64,000 nucleotides of DNA. It comes from Lama guanicoe. Taxonomy: Eukaryota. The position numbers and the translations under genes are program-made. Positions 24,661-36,395 of the stretch are shown piece after piece (positions within the stretch are counted from its first letter, which is position 1; the number at the start of each line of letters is the position of its first letter). The DNA lies in assembly GCA_013239625.1 (NCBI GenBank), contig MU056116.1, forward strand, positions 124,001 through 188,000. The letters run 5' to 3'. The notes under the pieces were generated by a model. That model did not search any database. It was given only the letters and a program-made list of their open reading frames with translations, and was not told the DNA's origin.

Positions 24661-27600
24661 AAAAAGAGTAAATATTATAAACATCTGAGTAATCCAAATT
24701 TATTTTGAAGGCATCTTGAAAATAATGATGCTAATAAACTGCCCTGTTTGAAGTGAGGTCGATGAATACTGTGCAAAGCTTTTTCATGTAGGGACAGAGG
24801 AACTGTCTGAAACATCAAAGGTGTCCAGTAATACTTGAAGCAGAATTTGGAAATATTGTTATATATGTCACAAACAGAAAACGGAGTCGCTTTTACTTGG
24901 GTTTGAATTTCAGAATGCAGAACAAATATATTCTAGTTTGGATACTTTGAGACACCCTGCGTGTGGCATCGTGAGACCAGTCACCAGTCACCAGTCCACG
25001 TCTATATATTTGCACAAACCCAGTATTTGAAAAATGATCACTATCTCCCAGGTCCTGGGAAAAATACACACATCTCCCAGGTCTGTGTAAATTATTCCTA
25101 AAACTAGGTCAAGTGCCCTGAGTCCCTCAGGACACATTCATCACCTTTTCTGTCTTTAAAGTCTCAACTGATCTATAGCATAGAAAACGTGATAATTAGA
25201 AATACAGAAAGGCCTTATGCCTTGCAGAACTGAAATCTGGCTTTCCAAAGAGATTTTTAACACATCATCTTTTTCCTGCTAATTCACTCGTTGTACAAAG
25301 AATACACTCCTGTATACACGCACATGGCGTTGCCTTTGTCTGTTTCAATGTCACACGTCGCTAAGCTGTCTTGTCAGTGTGGCTTTTACTATAAATTCTT
25401 CATTCCGGAGACATTGATCCTCACCAGGTTCAGAGTCAAAAATGAAAGCGATTCAGTCCTCCAGACCCTTTCTTTTCTAGACGAAAAAGACGACACTGTG
25501 ATTCCCCAGAGTTGCCTGGCAACCCCTCAGCCTGCTTTCCTCAGGTGTCAGGTGACTGTCCAGGGAGGCAGCTCACCTGAGGCTGCAGGAGTTCAGAGTG
25601 TACCCACACCTGCTTTTCTCACCTAGGTGTGATCACCCGCACCTTGGCTGTGAACTAATTTTGTACTTGGAATGTTAAAAAATAGGTTGACGTGTGAAAA
25701 ATAAAGCAAACACGTTTTCTCGCCCCGAAATGTGAGTTTCATTACAGCTCAGCTGTAATGTTATCATGGGAAAACCTGTGAACTAAAACAAGTAAGGATA
25801 GAACTGTCTAGAAAAAAATCCCAAAGGGACTCCCCATAAAATTTTTATTTATTTGATTTAAAAAAAAATCGCTACAATTACACACAAAACCACTCGGGCA
25901 CTTGTACTTGGCCTCCGTTTCCCTAAGTGAATTGGTCTGCTGTGGCCATTTGGGAAGCTGCTCGTCCAATCAGCCATTCGTCCAGGAATGTACTGAGTGT
26001 GAGCTGGGCGCGGTGGCATCTTCCTGCCCAGTTTGCAGCCTGTGCGGCGCAGCAAGTAGAAGCGCAGCCCTAACACAGACGCACCGAGTGGGTCATCCCT
26101 GTGGTGGGGCAGCGGGCTGGGTTTTCTGGGTTCCACACACAGCAGGTGTCCTCAAGAGGAGGCCAAGCCGATCACCTGGAAAGATGACAAAGCCTCTATC
26201 AGAGGGAGGAGGGCAGTCTAAGTAGAAACAACCCCAAGAGCAAAGACCCACGGAGAGGGACGCTCCATTAGTCTCTCCCTTGTTCGTTCAACCATCCAAG
26301 ACTTGAGGGGTGCACGAGATTTGCCATCAGCCCGCATTTGACTTTGCCAAGAAAGGCATTAAAACAACTCCTATGATTTCCAATCATTACCGGTTTCCAA
26401 AATAAAGGACATTTTGCACCAAAAAGAAATGAAGGACTTAAACTCAGGATCCGGGAACAGTCATTTGCTTTCCGTAAATTTGGCTTTCATGACCATCCTC
26501 AGGGCACCTCCCTCAGTCTTCTCATTTTGTGGGGACAGGTGGAAGCATCATTGGGGTGACAGTAACCTGTGCGCTGGTCCACCTGCTCTCAGCCATGTGG
26601 GGGGACCTCGTGGGGTGGGGGTGGAGCAGGCAGTGAGGTGCATGGGGCTCTGTCTCACGAGGACCATTCTGGGGGCCGTGTGGGTGAGCTGAGAGAACAA
26701 GGCTGGAGTTGCAGGTACAGGCAGAGATGACGGTGGCCAGGGCTGAGGTGGAGCCTGGAGAGAGGAGACAAAATGAAAGGGAGTCGACTCAGAAGCCTTA
26801 ACCGTCAAAGGGATAGACGTGGGCGTGTATCTCTTAGTAACTGCCCTCCCCTGCCCTTCCAGCATCTTCTCAGGATGTCTCCTTTCAGGACCCGGGAATA
26901 TGCAATACTCTCATTCCAAGTGCCTTCACCCAACGGGCTCCCTGCTTTCCCAAATTCTCTCTTGGTCCACCCTCATGACTGTGACTCAGTCTCCCTTGAG
27001 GTTTGAATATCTGGCCCTGGAGCTGGATCTTCTGTCCCGGGAGACTAACTCCTGGAGGGCCGGACACTGGCTCCTCTCCCCTATTGGGTCTCCCTTGACC
27101 CGCCGTGTGCCCGTGACAGCATCCAGACCGCAGACACCGATGAGCGGCCTGCCGACCCCCCTGGGGCTCCTGCGGCCCCCTCAGCCTTGGTGGTCTCTTC
27201 CTGCTCCCAGAGTGAAAACTGCATTGAAAGTTGTGCTATATGCGTATGACATGAATATACAGATCCTCTTTCAAAAAGTAAACCTGCTGAAATAGAAAAC
27301 TGAGAAAAATGACTTTCGATGTTTAAAAAGTCATAGACACAAGCAGCCAAGTTGCTGAACTGAAATTTCTTCATGTTTCCCTTCTCCCCATGAGGTAGAA
27401 TGTTGGCTCAGAGGAAAAAGCTTTAAAAACACCATTCTTGCCAACCTGGAGCAGAAAATATTAATACAAGCATTTTAAACAACAGGTGTAGCAAATCTGG
27501 GTGAGTCAGTCTCCTTATGTTGAGTTTTTTTTTTTTAATAAGGGAGATTGCATTTAGATTTTCATTAACTTCCATCTGAACATTAACATTTTCTTCAAGC

Positions 27601-28499
27601 ACATGCAAGCACATGCATGGAGACAATGAACCTCTCTAATATCAGAAATCCTTGTGGTTTTGCCGACAATTCCTAAACCTCAGCTGTTCCTGTGTCTTAC
27701 CACAGCGGCTATCAAAACCCTCATCACTCCGCGGAGCTGCGGTGGATCCAAGGGCTGCCCCCCGACACTGTCACCTGATGGACGGAGAAGCTCAGCTATG
27801 ACGGCATCATGATTTTTCAAAACCCTCTGGGTGACTATATGTGAGTAACTGCTTTTACTTGTGACTCCAGGTCCTGCAAGCATGCACATTATTTTAAACA
27901 TTTATGTGACTCTGATGAACCTCCAGGCTTCATCAAACCGCCAAGGGGTCATGACACAAAGAGTTAAAAGCCCTGACTCTCACTCCCTAGTTTTCATAAC
28001 TAGACCCAGGGGGTACGGGGAACTGTGGTTATAACCTTTTTTTCACATTAAAAAATGCTGGTGAAATGAACATGACATTGACCACCTTCCCCGTTTTAAG
28101 TGGTCCTCTAGGATCAGCAGCATTAAGCACATTGCATTGCTCTTGGGTAGAAAGGACTGAGTCTTAAAAAAGGAAAACTTTGTTTAGATGCCCGTTGTAC
28201 CTCAATAAAGCTGAAATCCCCTCCCCCAAAGGAAACCTTTGGTTAAGTGCAAATATTTTAAATACTTCAGATTTGAGGGAAATGGCCACAATACTAACGC
28301 CCAGCAGGCACACACGTCCCGGCCGAGGTCTGTGCGGGTGGAGTGGGGACACCCGCCCGACCCCAGCCCGCAGCCCTGCTATCAGGGGAACTCCCCCGGC
28401 TCTGGCTTTGGGCACCTGCTTCTCAGGCGGTGGCTTTTATGCCATTTCTGGTTTCTAACGCTCTGTCTCTGATGTGGCCCGAGGCGAGGGCACGGCTGG

Positions 28500-28590
28500 A
28501 GGTGGACAGAACTTGGCATCGGTCCCTGTGCCAGCTGGGTCTGTTCACTCTCCTTGAGTCTCAGTTTCCTCATCTGTGAAACCAGGGTCA
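28500..28590 (+). mobile_element. MIR core fragment
   Basis: tgagtctcagtttcctcatctgtgaaa. Confidence 0.6.
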
Positions 28591-30527
28591 AACAGGACAA
28601 GCTCTTCCTGGACCACAGGTGCTCAGCAAAGGCTGCGCACTTGGTGACATTCCTTCTCCCCCAAATTCAGGTTACTAGACTATTTAGGGTGAGGCCATTT
28701 CTATCTATTTTACCTAAAACCGAATTTTATTACAGCAAAAATCATGGCCCAAATCGACAGCACTTCCCTTGCGCCAGGAAACACAGTTGGGGCGTGTCAT
28801 CACTTTGGTGTGCACGTCCTGGAGTACCGTCCCTGCCGGCCCGTCCCCTTCGAACTCTTTAAAACCTGCGCTGGATTTGATGCGTTCATCGCTGGACAAG
28901 ATTTTGCTGTTTTTTCACATTGGCTGGAAACTCAGCACAAAGCCCACTCTATCCACTCCAATAGCCAAAGCCACCCACATTCTGACATGCATTTCCATTG
29001 CAGACATACGGGCAATTCCCTCATGCAACAAACATTTATTGCCCCAGGCCCCAGGGACTCAGAGGCGAGTTTAGACACAGCTGCTACCATCAAGGAGCTC
29101 ATGTGGCTGCAGAAGGAAGGACAGGTGTTTTGGCTGGAGAAGAGCTCAAAAGCAGGGGGGTCGGAGAAGGAGAGAGGAGTTGAGAGGGAGCTGTGCAGCT
29201 GGGGTGTGGGAGGCTCAGCCGGGGCTGTGGGGAGCCCAGAGCTGACCGAGTAGCAGGAGCAGGAGGGTCTCTGGGTTCTCCTCTGTATCCCGTGGGTGGG
29301 GGAGGAGAGTGAGTTATTGGGCAAGTGGACCAGCTGGGATGCTGTTGGAATAGCTTGGCCATAAAAAGGAGTGAGGGCAAAGGGACGAATCAGAGGTCAT
29401 TAAGTTCGGCCCCGGTGGTAGGAATGGTTGAGAGACCTACTCCAGGCTGGTGGGATCTGGTGGCCCCTGGAGGGGAGGGGCCCACGGCCAAGGCTGGCTT
29501 GGTAGTTGCGGCCAGGACACCTGAGACTCCTTGGAAGGGTGGGGGCTCTGTGATCACAAAGTAAACGATTTGGCGCCTGCACCATCTGGTATGACTGCCT
29601 GTTGGGTAAAAAAAAGACAGGGATTGATCACAGACAAAACTGCCCTTTTCTGGGAAATTAGAGCACAGCTTTTTTTTTTTTTCCAACTAAATCTTTCTTC
29701 TGAATATTTGGTCCTCAAAAACACCACCAAAACCATGACTTTCTATGCAAATTATTTATTACCATTTTCAGTGTCCAAACCAGCATCAGTCAATGACTGG
29801 AAATTTTAACTGAGCTTCTTGGACCAGCCTAGAAAATATTCAGTAAACACACAAAAGTCCATATTCAGATTCGTAATGACCAATTCTGGATGTGCTCCAG
29901 CCAAGAAAAAAGAGTGTGACTGAGTTCTCCAAATCTGGACCTGACATCATCCAGACGTGGTGGGGACCTTTCCCTTTTAAGAGCAAACCCCTGGCCCCTC
30001 CAGCTTGTCCGTTAGCCATCTGGGAACAGCGACCCTAGGATTAAGGTAACAGGGCTGCGGTAACACGTCACCCTCGCAGCCCCAGCGGCCCGACAGCTAA
30101 CTCTAGTTGCCGGACAGAAAGCCTTTGAGGGGGTCCCCGGGGACCTGGGTCCTGCAGTCTTGACTCTCCCTCACCTTTACGTCCCTGGAGTTTTTTCTGT
30201 TCAATTAGGAGAGTGGAGGGTTTCTATGGGCCAGGCCTGTGGCCGCCTGGATCACTTCCACTCCCATCCCGGTCACCAGAGGGAGTCACTTGGTCGCACC
30301 TACTTGCAAGAGAGAGTGGGAAACCTTAGCTGTTTGCTCAGGAAGAAAGTGGGTTTTGGTGAGACTAACAGGTCCCCTCTGAAATAGTTTTCCCTTTTAA
30401 AGATTTACCCCCTCTGCCCCCTCTGGCTTTTGCATTAAATTGGGCACAGTTCTGAGACAGATCAAACTGGACTCCTTCCCCATTCACCCAAGCAAGCCTC
30501 ATCCAAAGGCTGTCGTGTAGGAGGCAG

Positions 30528-30675
30528 TGCTGTGAGCTGGACTCAGCCCTTTGAATAGATCTGCCGAAGTCCCATCCCCCTAACCTGTGAACGTGACCTT
30601 ATTTGGAAATAGCGTCTTTCTAAAAGCAATGCTTCCCTGTATGTGGCACTTTGTTATGCAGTCCTGGGTTAGAAT
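30528..30675 (+). mobile_element. Internally deleted MLT1-like LTR
   Basis: acctgtgaacgtgaccttatttggaaatagcgtcttt joined to tgtggcactttgttatgcagtcctggg. Confidence 0.6.
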
Positions 30676-31413
30676 CTCCTCTGCCGTATAGGTCAGGGAC
30701 TGCACCGAGCCCTTCCTCAGCTGCAAAATCTGAGTGAGGATGTGGCTGGTGGGCTAGAACTGACAAGCATGGAGGGTCGAGGACCACTCAGAGGTTCTTG
30801 CTTGCTCAGCACACCCCAGGGCCCTGGGAAGGGTCAGCTTCTTGTCGTCCCTGCACCCTCTCTCAATGCTGCAGACACCTTGTTCCCCAGGCCTGGCCTG
30901 GCCTTGGGCTCGGTGGTGCCTACTCAGCCCTTGACCTTAGATTAAAGTCATTTCTCAAGGCTTTCCTTAGCCCCACTCTTCCCCGTCACCTCCAGGCGGG
31001 GCTGGTCTCCATCAGCAGATCCCCATCCTGTTCTTCCTGGACCACACGGTATTCCTAGGACAAGTGATGACAGGGTCCGTGGGAGTCCTGCATGCTCCAA
31101 CTAGTGCCTGATGACCATCCCTGAGACACAGATGGCTCCGTCCTCAACTGTGTACTGTGGGTTTGGGATTGCCGGGTCCAGGTGCCCAGGTCCAAGAAAA
31201 AGGCAAGCTATCCACTTGTAACCTTTGGGGACTTTGGGCAACACTGATTCCCTCTGGTGATGACTGAGACACTATATTCCAAGAGCAATTAAGTTAATAG
31301 CAAGAAACTAGATGCCCGCTGTGCCAGCTGTCACGCTGTCCTCCAGGGGTTACTGTGTGGGGGAGGGGGCCATCGTTCCACACACAGATACTTACAGGAG
31401 ATTTTGCTTTTGT

Positions 31414-31419
31414 TTTATT
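31414..31419 (-). terminator. Distal polyadenylation signal AATAAA
   Basis: TTTATT on + strand. UGUA elements upstream (TACA at 31434-31437 and 31514-31517) and a GU-rich element (TCTGTGTGTGG) downstream. Confidence 0.75.
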
Positions 31420-31587
31420 TAAAGCCCAGTGGGTACAGAAAAACACACACACACTTAACAGGTTAAAATATCCAAAGAAAATTTACTGCAACTTTGTAGA
31501 ATTTAATTTGTGCTACAACACATGTTGCATAGGAAACTATTTAAAGCCCCTGAGGAAAAAAATCTCCATATTTAAGGTGCGACGGGT

Positions 31588-31593
31588 TTTATT
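31588..31593 (-). terminator. Candidate proximal polyadenylation signal AATAAA
   Basis: TTTATT on + strand, with a short U-run ~25-30 nt downstream on the minus strand. Confidence 0.45.
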
Positions 31594-33204
31594 TCTTCTT
31601 TGGGGAAAAGTGAGAGATGCTCTCTGGGAAGACGGAAGGTGGAGAGTTAGGAAGCAGAATTTAAGGTTGTTTCGTGTGATGATCGGGGAACTGTGTGTCT
31701 TGGTTCTTGCAGCATAAAATATGCAGTGTTTTGTTGTTGTTTTTTAGCCAGTTGGATTTCAGTATCTGAACCAATAGATATATAAGAACGTTTTAGCCCA
31801 AGAAAAGATTTACGCTGATTATACTAAGTAATTAACATGTTTCCAGAAAGCAGATTGAGTCAGTGAGATTCAGGAATCCCAGATGCCCGACATGACTCAT
31901 CTAAACACAGTGCGTGTCCTGACCACATTCTTGGACATCAGCTGGACTGACCTGCCAGATGTCTCTTAACCCTGCCCCTCACCCATTTCTGAGATGATGC
32001 AACAGCCTTGGGATGCAGCCTCGCAAGTTGATCTGCAACCATGAAGGGTAGCGATACGACAGTCGGCCAAATCCCAGGTTTTATGTGGGAAACATTTTCA
32101 ATTTCAGAAAACGTCCATCCCACTCACATAATCTTCATATTAAAAAAAAAATTTCCCTATGCTATTTATTTCCAACGAGAGATGGGCACACCAGGAGGGG
32201 AGCAGGGTTACATTTTAGGTGGAAGGAAGTGGAGTTTGGCAGAGGACAGCAGGCACCTCTGGACACCAGTGTGGGGTGTGATGCTTGTGGTGATGTTTCC
32301 TTCACACCCAGAGGAGTGGCTCCAAGCTCTGCAGGAGGGACCCCCTCCACCCAGGGAGGAGGGTGACATTGGCCTCTCAGAGCTACAGGGACCACCTTGG
32401 TCTCCACGGTGGAGCTCTTCTGCAGGACAAACTGCACACGGGCAGGGGCTGCGGAAGCCGCCGACTGCTGATGCTCTTCATCTCAAGGGCATCCAGCCGC
32501 TCATGCTGGATTCCACTCTGCCGCTAAAGCTCAGAAAAGCTTCCCAGGTGCTGTGGCTGAGCTTTTACTGCAACACGAGGCAAAGGTACGCAAGGTCATG
32601 GTAAGAGGGAAGAGCAGGACCAGTGTCAGAAAGAACGGGCATCGACTATACTCACTCACTGAAACACCGCATTTCCTATTTGATTTCCTTTTTACAAGTA
32701 CACAGCAAAGAAGGTCCAACACCTGGATGAGTGTCTTTCTGCGCTAAGTGTTGAAATGCAAAGTGTGTCCAGCAATCAGAAACACCCTCATGGCCTTAAA
32801 TACATATATACATCTGTAACATAATTTAAAAAGGTCTTTATATGACATAAAAACCTCAACAGCATCTGTCCCATTATGTGTTTTTTTTTTTAACCTTTAT
32901 GGTCCATTAAAAAATTAGATACCACCTTTCTCATTTGCCCCCACCCCCCATACTTTAAAAAAAAAGTGATTTTAAATTTATATTTAACAAATAGAAAGCT
33001 ATTTGATTGGCAACAACCTGCAGCAGAAATTCCCTTCAGGCTCCCCCGTGTTCCAGGAGGCGGTGGAGCATGGCGTGTGCTTGGTCCTGGGGGTGCGTCC
33101 AGCCGGGAGGGGCCCTGGAGCTGTCTGAGCAGCTGACCCGTCCTCCCTCCCCAGCTCCGTGTGACCATGCGGGCAGCCAGGACAGACGGAGAGCGTGAGC
33201 CCCC

Positions 33205-33435
33205 TCAAATCACAAAGTCGTCATGGTCATGGTCCACAGGACTGAAGGCGGCTGCTCGCAAGATGTCCAGGGAGTTCACCAGGATCAGGGTTCCCGTGAG
33301 GTGTTTCCAGCGCTTGGTGATTGGGTTTTTCATCTTGTCCAGGCCCAGGTGCAGCTCCTGGATGACATCCCGGTAGCTGTCCCCGACCTGGTGGCTCCAG
33401 GTGAGTAGAAAGTCGTACGCGGGTTTCCACATGGC
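33205..33435 (-). CDS. SH3BP4: SH3BP4 last coding exon (76 codons plus TGA)
   Basis: Acceptor CTCCGTCATCCAG|GCC, with a CCCTAAC branch-point-like motif upstream. Encodes [76 protein letters not shown]. Total CDS 118+2363+189+231 = 2901 nt = 966 aa plus stop. Confidence 0.97.
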   Translation of the reverse strand, partial: AMWKPAYDFLLTWSHQVGDSYRDVIQELHLGLDKMKNPITKRWKHLTGTLILVNSLDILRAAAFSPVDHDHDDFVI

Positions 33436-34234
33436 CTGGATGACGGAGAGGTCCAAAACCAAAAGAGGAGAGGAGAGAAGAGGTTAGGGGAAAGTGAGGG
33501 GCCGGACCCCAGGGCCTGTGTCCGCCGTTGATGGAACTCTTTAAGAGTGAGGCAAACCCAGAGCAGCGGGGCAGCCGGCTCCGCCCCACCTGCCGGCTCG
33601 TTCCGGAGGGAAGAAGGCACCTGGTGTGCGAGCAGGTGCGTCGCAGTAAGTGCTGACCAGGCAGAAAGGGCCTCTCTTCCCTTATGACCCCAGTAGCGCT
33701 TTCCATTTATTTAGAGACTTGTCGCATTAACAAGAGATGCCCTTACTCTTGGGAATTCGTGCTTCCTAAGGTCTCGCAAGCCTGAGTGTCTTTCCAGAAG
33801 CTGCAAGCAACCTCCAGAAACAAGTGAGGAAACAGAGACTCTGCGCAGGAACCCGTCCAGACCGGGTTAGAGCTGCGCGATCTCCCCGGGATGCACCCAC
33901 CACGGCGCCGGGGCGTCCCCAGCCAGAGCCGACCATCGGGGGCTCCGTCAGGCATTGCTCGGTGTGACTGAATGTAGTTAAAGATCGGAATCAGTGACGG
34001 ACTGGCAGTGCCACTCCTGCTGTTCCAAACAGTGGCCGTGCCCTCGCCAGGGCCTGGTTCACCATGAAGGATTCCCAGAGAGGCTGAGACTTGCTCCCTC
34101 CCGCTCGGCGTGGGCCGACTGCGTGCGGGCACAGGCGCCCGTGCACTTGTGACCTCCTGTGTCCCCATCAACCCGCTCCAAAGCAGATAGAGTTAGCACA
34201 TGTTACAGGTTGAGGGAAGGGCAGCTCCGCTCAC

Positions 34235-34423
34235 CTCGCTGTCCACGACCCCGTTCCTGTCCCGGTGGGGGGACTCGTACGCATCCATCTGCTGCTTGGA
34301 CACCTTGGCCAGCTTCTCAGCCAGCTCCCTCCAGCGCTGCGCCACCTCGACCGCTGTGGTCAGGAGCACGAAGTCCTGGATGAGCCTGACCACCAGGCCC
34401 TGGCAGTCCATCTTCAGTAGGGC
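34235..34423 (-). CDS. SH3BP4: SH3BP4 penultimate coding exon (189 nt, 63 codons)
   Basis: Acceptor CCTTCCTCCTCAG|GCC, donor GAG|GTGAGC, phase 0/0. Encodes [63 protein letters not shown]. Confidence 0.97.
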
Positions 34424-34577
34424 CTGAGGAGGAAGGAGCGGGTGTGAGGCAGGACCGAGGAGGGCAGGCTCTGGCTCCCCGTGGAGCCAGCACCGCAGAG
34501 GCTGCGCACTTGGACCCTAAACACCGCGAGGCCTGGGCGCAGCACCTCTGCGACTCAGGTGCGGCAGAAACTGTGAT

Positions 34578-34970
34578 TTGCAGGGCGGACTGGGTCCCCC
34601 CACCTCCCAATTCCTGTCCTCTGGGAACCTCACCATGTGCAGAAGGGTGGTCTCTGCAGATGCACTGAGCTAAACTGAGGCTGCACTGGATTGGGGTGGG
34701 CCTCTCATCCAGTGACTGGCGTCCTTATAAGGAGAAAAATAGAGACTCAGAGACAGAGGGAAGAAGTCTGCGTAAGGATGGAGGCAGAGACGAGTGATGC
34801 AGCCACACCCCTGGAGCAGCCAGGAGCTGGGAGAGGCGGGGGTCAGATTCTCCCGCAGAGCCTCCAGAAGGAACCGGCCTTGCTGACCGCCCCAGAACTG
34901 CGGGGGATAAACTGCTGTTGCTTTGAGCCTTTTAGTTTGCGGCACTTTGTCGCAGCAGCTCCAGCACGCT
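34578..34970 (+). mobile_element. MLT1-like LTR in SH3BP4 intron
   Basis: ggattggggtgggcctctcatccagtgactggcgtccttataagga...gaggcagagacgagtgatgcagcc...gcggcactttgtcgcagcagc. Confidence 0.8.
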
Positions 34971-36209
34971 GACCTGCAGGGTGGGCGGGAGGACAGCTGT
35001 CCATCCGTCCCCACCCCGACTGGGGCAAGTGGAGAGGTGATGCCCCTCACCAGGACGGCCAGCGTGGCCTGGGGCTCAGGGCCGGACCACAGGACATCAG
35101 CGGACGGAGCAGGAGAGACGCGGGTGGTGGGCTCAGGCCTGGAGCTCAGACCGAGTCTGGGCCTCTGAGTTTCTGGACACACGTGAAAGCCCTGTGAGGA
35201 GGGAGGATGAGCCCTAAGGCTGAAACGGAGGGCAGACCATCGAGAAGCGACCTCCTGAATCCACGGGGCTGCTCCCTCGTCAAAGCTGCAGGAAAGCGCT
35301 CTCCAGTAGGTCTCCAGGACAGGGATCACTCACTAGGGAGGGACAGGGACTCAGGAGGGAAAGAAATGCCTGTCAGCCGGGAAGGAGGCAACGGGACAGA
35401 GCCCCGCCCAAGTCCCTGCTCAGCCCGAAGAGCACGTGGCCACCCTGGGACTTGATCAATTTGAACTTTGATATCTTCAAGTGAAACGGGACGTTTACTC
35501 GATGTGTGCTGCAGAAAGAGGATATACGTGTGTCTACGCTACGGGGCAGAGAGGTGTGATAAGCTGATAGAATTTTGGATTTAAATTCTTTGATATGGTG
35601 TGGATTGAGCCCAGACACACCGAGGCAGGCAGGGTCCCCTCCAGCTACGCCTGCTGTCCTGAGAAAGCGTCGGGCCGACCACCGGTGACGATGTTCCCAC
35701 CCGGCCTTCCTCACAGCTGCTCAGCGCACGCACACAAAGCGAGTCCAGGTCTGTGTGCTCAGCTGCCTGGCTTTGCAGGTGGCCTCGTTTCCATGGCAAC
35801 AGAACACTTCAGAGTCATCTGCATCTGATTCAGGTACTCCTGGCTGGGGCCATCAAAGCTCCTCTCTCCCCGGGGGCCCTGACAGGCACAAAGGTCCTCA
35901 GAAACTCAAAGCATCTCTCTGGCCCCAAGAGGCCACAGCTGGGACACTGCCCACACCATCATCAACGGGCAGTTTATGCATTTTTTTCCCAGAAGGGTGC
36001 ATTTTGGGTGCCCACCAAGTCTTAGCAATAGAAAATTGTTCAGCGGGAAGGGACATGGCTCTGGAACCTTTTCCCTGTAGCATCCTCTTTAATGTCTGCG
36101 CACACACCAGGACATACTGGTAACACCAGAAAATACCCAACGAAGTGAATAAAGCACAACGCTGGTTCCAGCTGGACTCACACTGATTTGAGTGAATCAT
36201 GACTTAAAT

Positions 36210-36395
36210 CAGGGTGGCCAAGGTGTTCTAGAAGGGGCGAGGCAGGACCCATTTCTGGCTTTGCAGGCAGGGGGTCTCTGCTGCAGCGACCCCGCTCTGC
36301 TGGTGGGTGTGAGAACCGCACAGATGACGCCTGGGCGCGGGGGCACGGCTGCGTTCCAGGAAAACCTCATTTACAAAGGTAGGCAGCTGGGCCCC
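36210..36395 (-). mobile_element. MER58-like hAT fragment
   Basis: ggctttgcaggc...cacggctgcgttccaggaaaacctcatttacaaa. Confidence 0.6.

Larger units (their letters stand above)
31395..33204 (-). other. SH3BP4: SH3BP4 3'UTR (~1.8 kb; 3' end approximate)
   Basis: Apparently repeat-free sequence after the stop, with AU-rich blocks, ending at AATAAA signals. Confidence 0.75.

Noticed and set aside
24812-24821. TCF/LEF consensus ACATCAAAGG
   Set aside because: Isolated motif in AT-rich sequence with no supporting cluster, although SH3BP4 has been linked to Wnt signalling.
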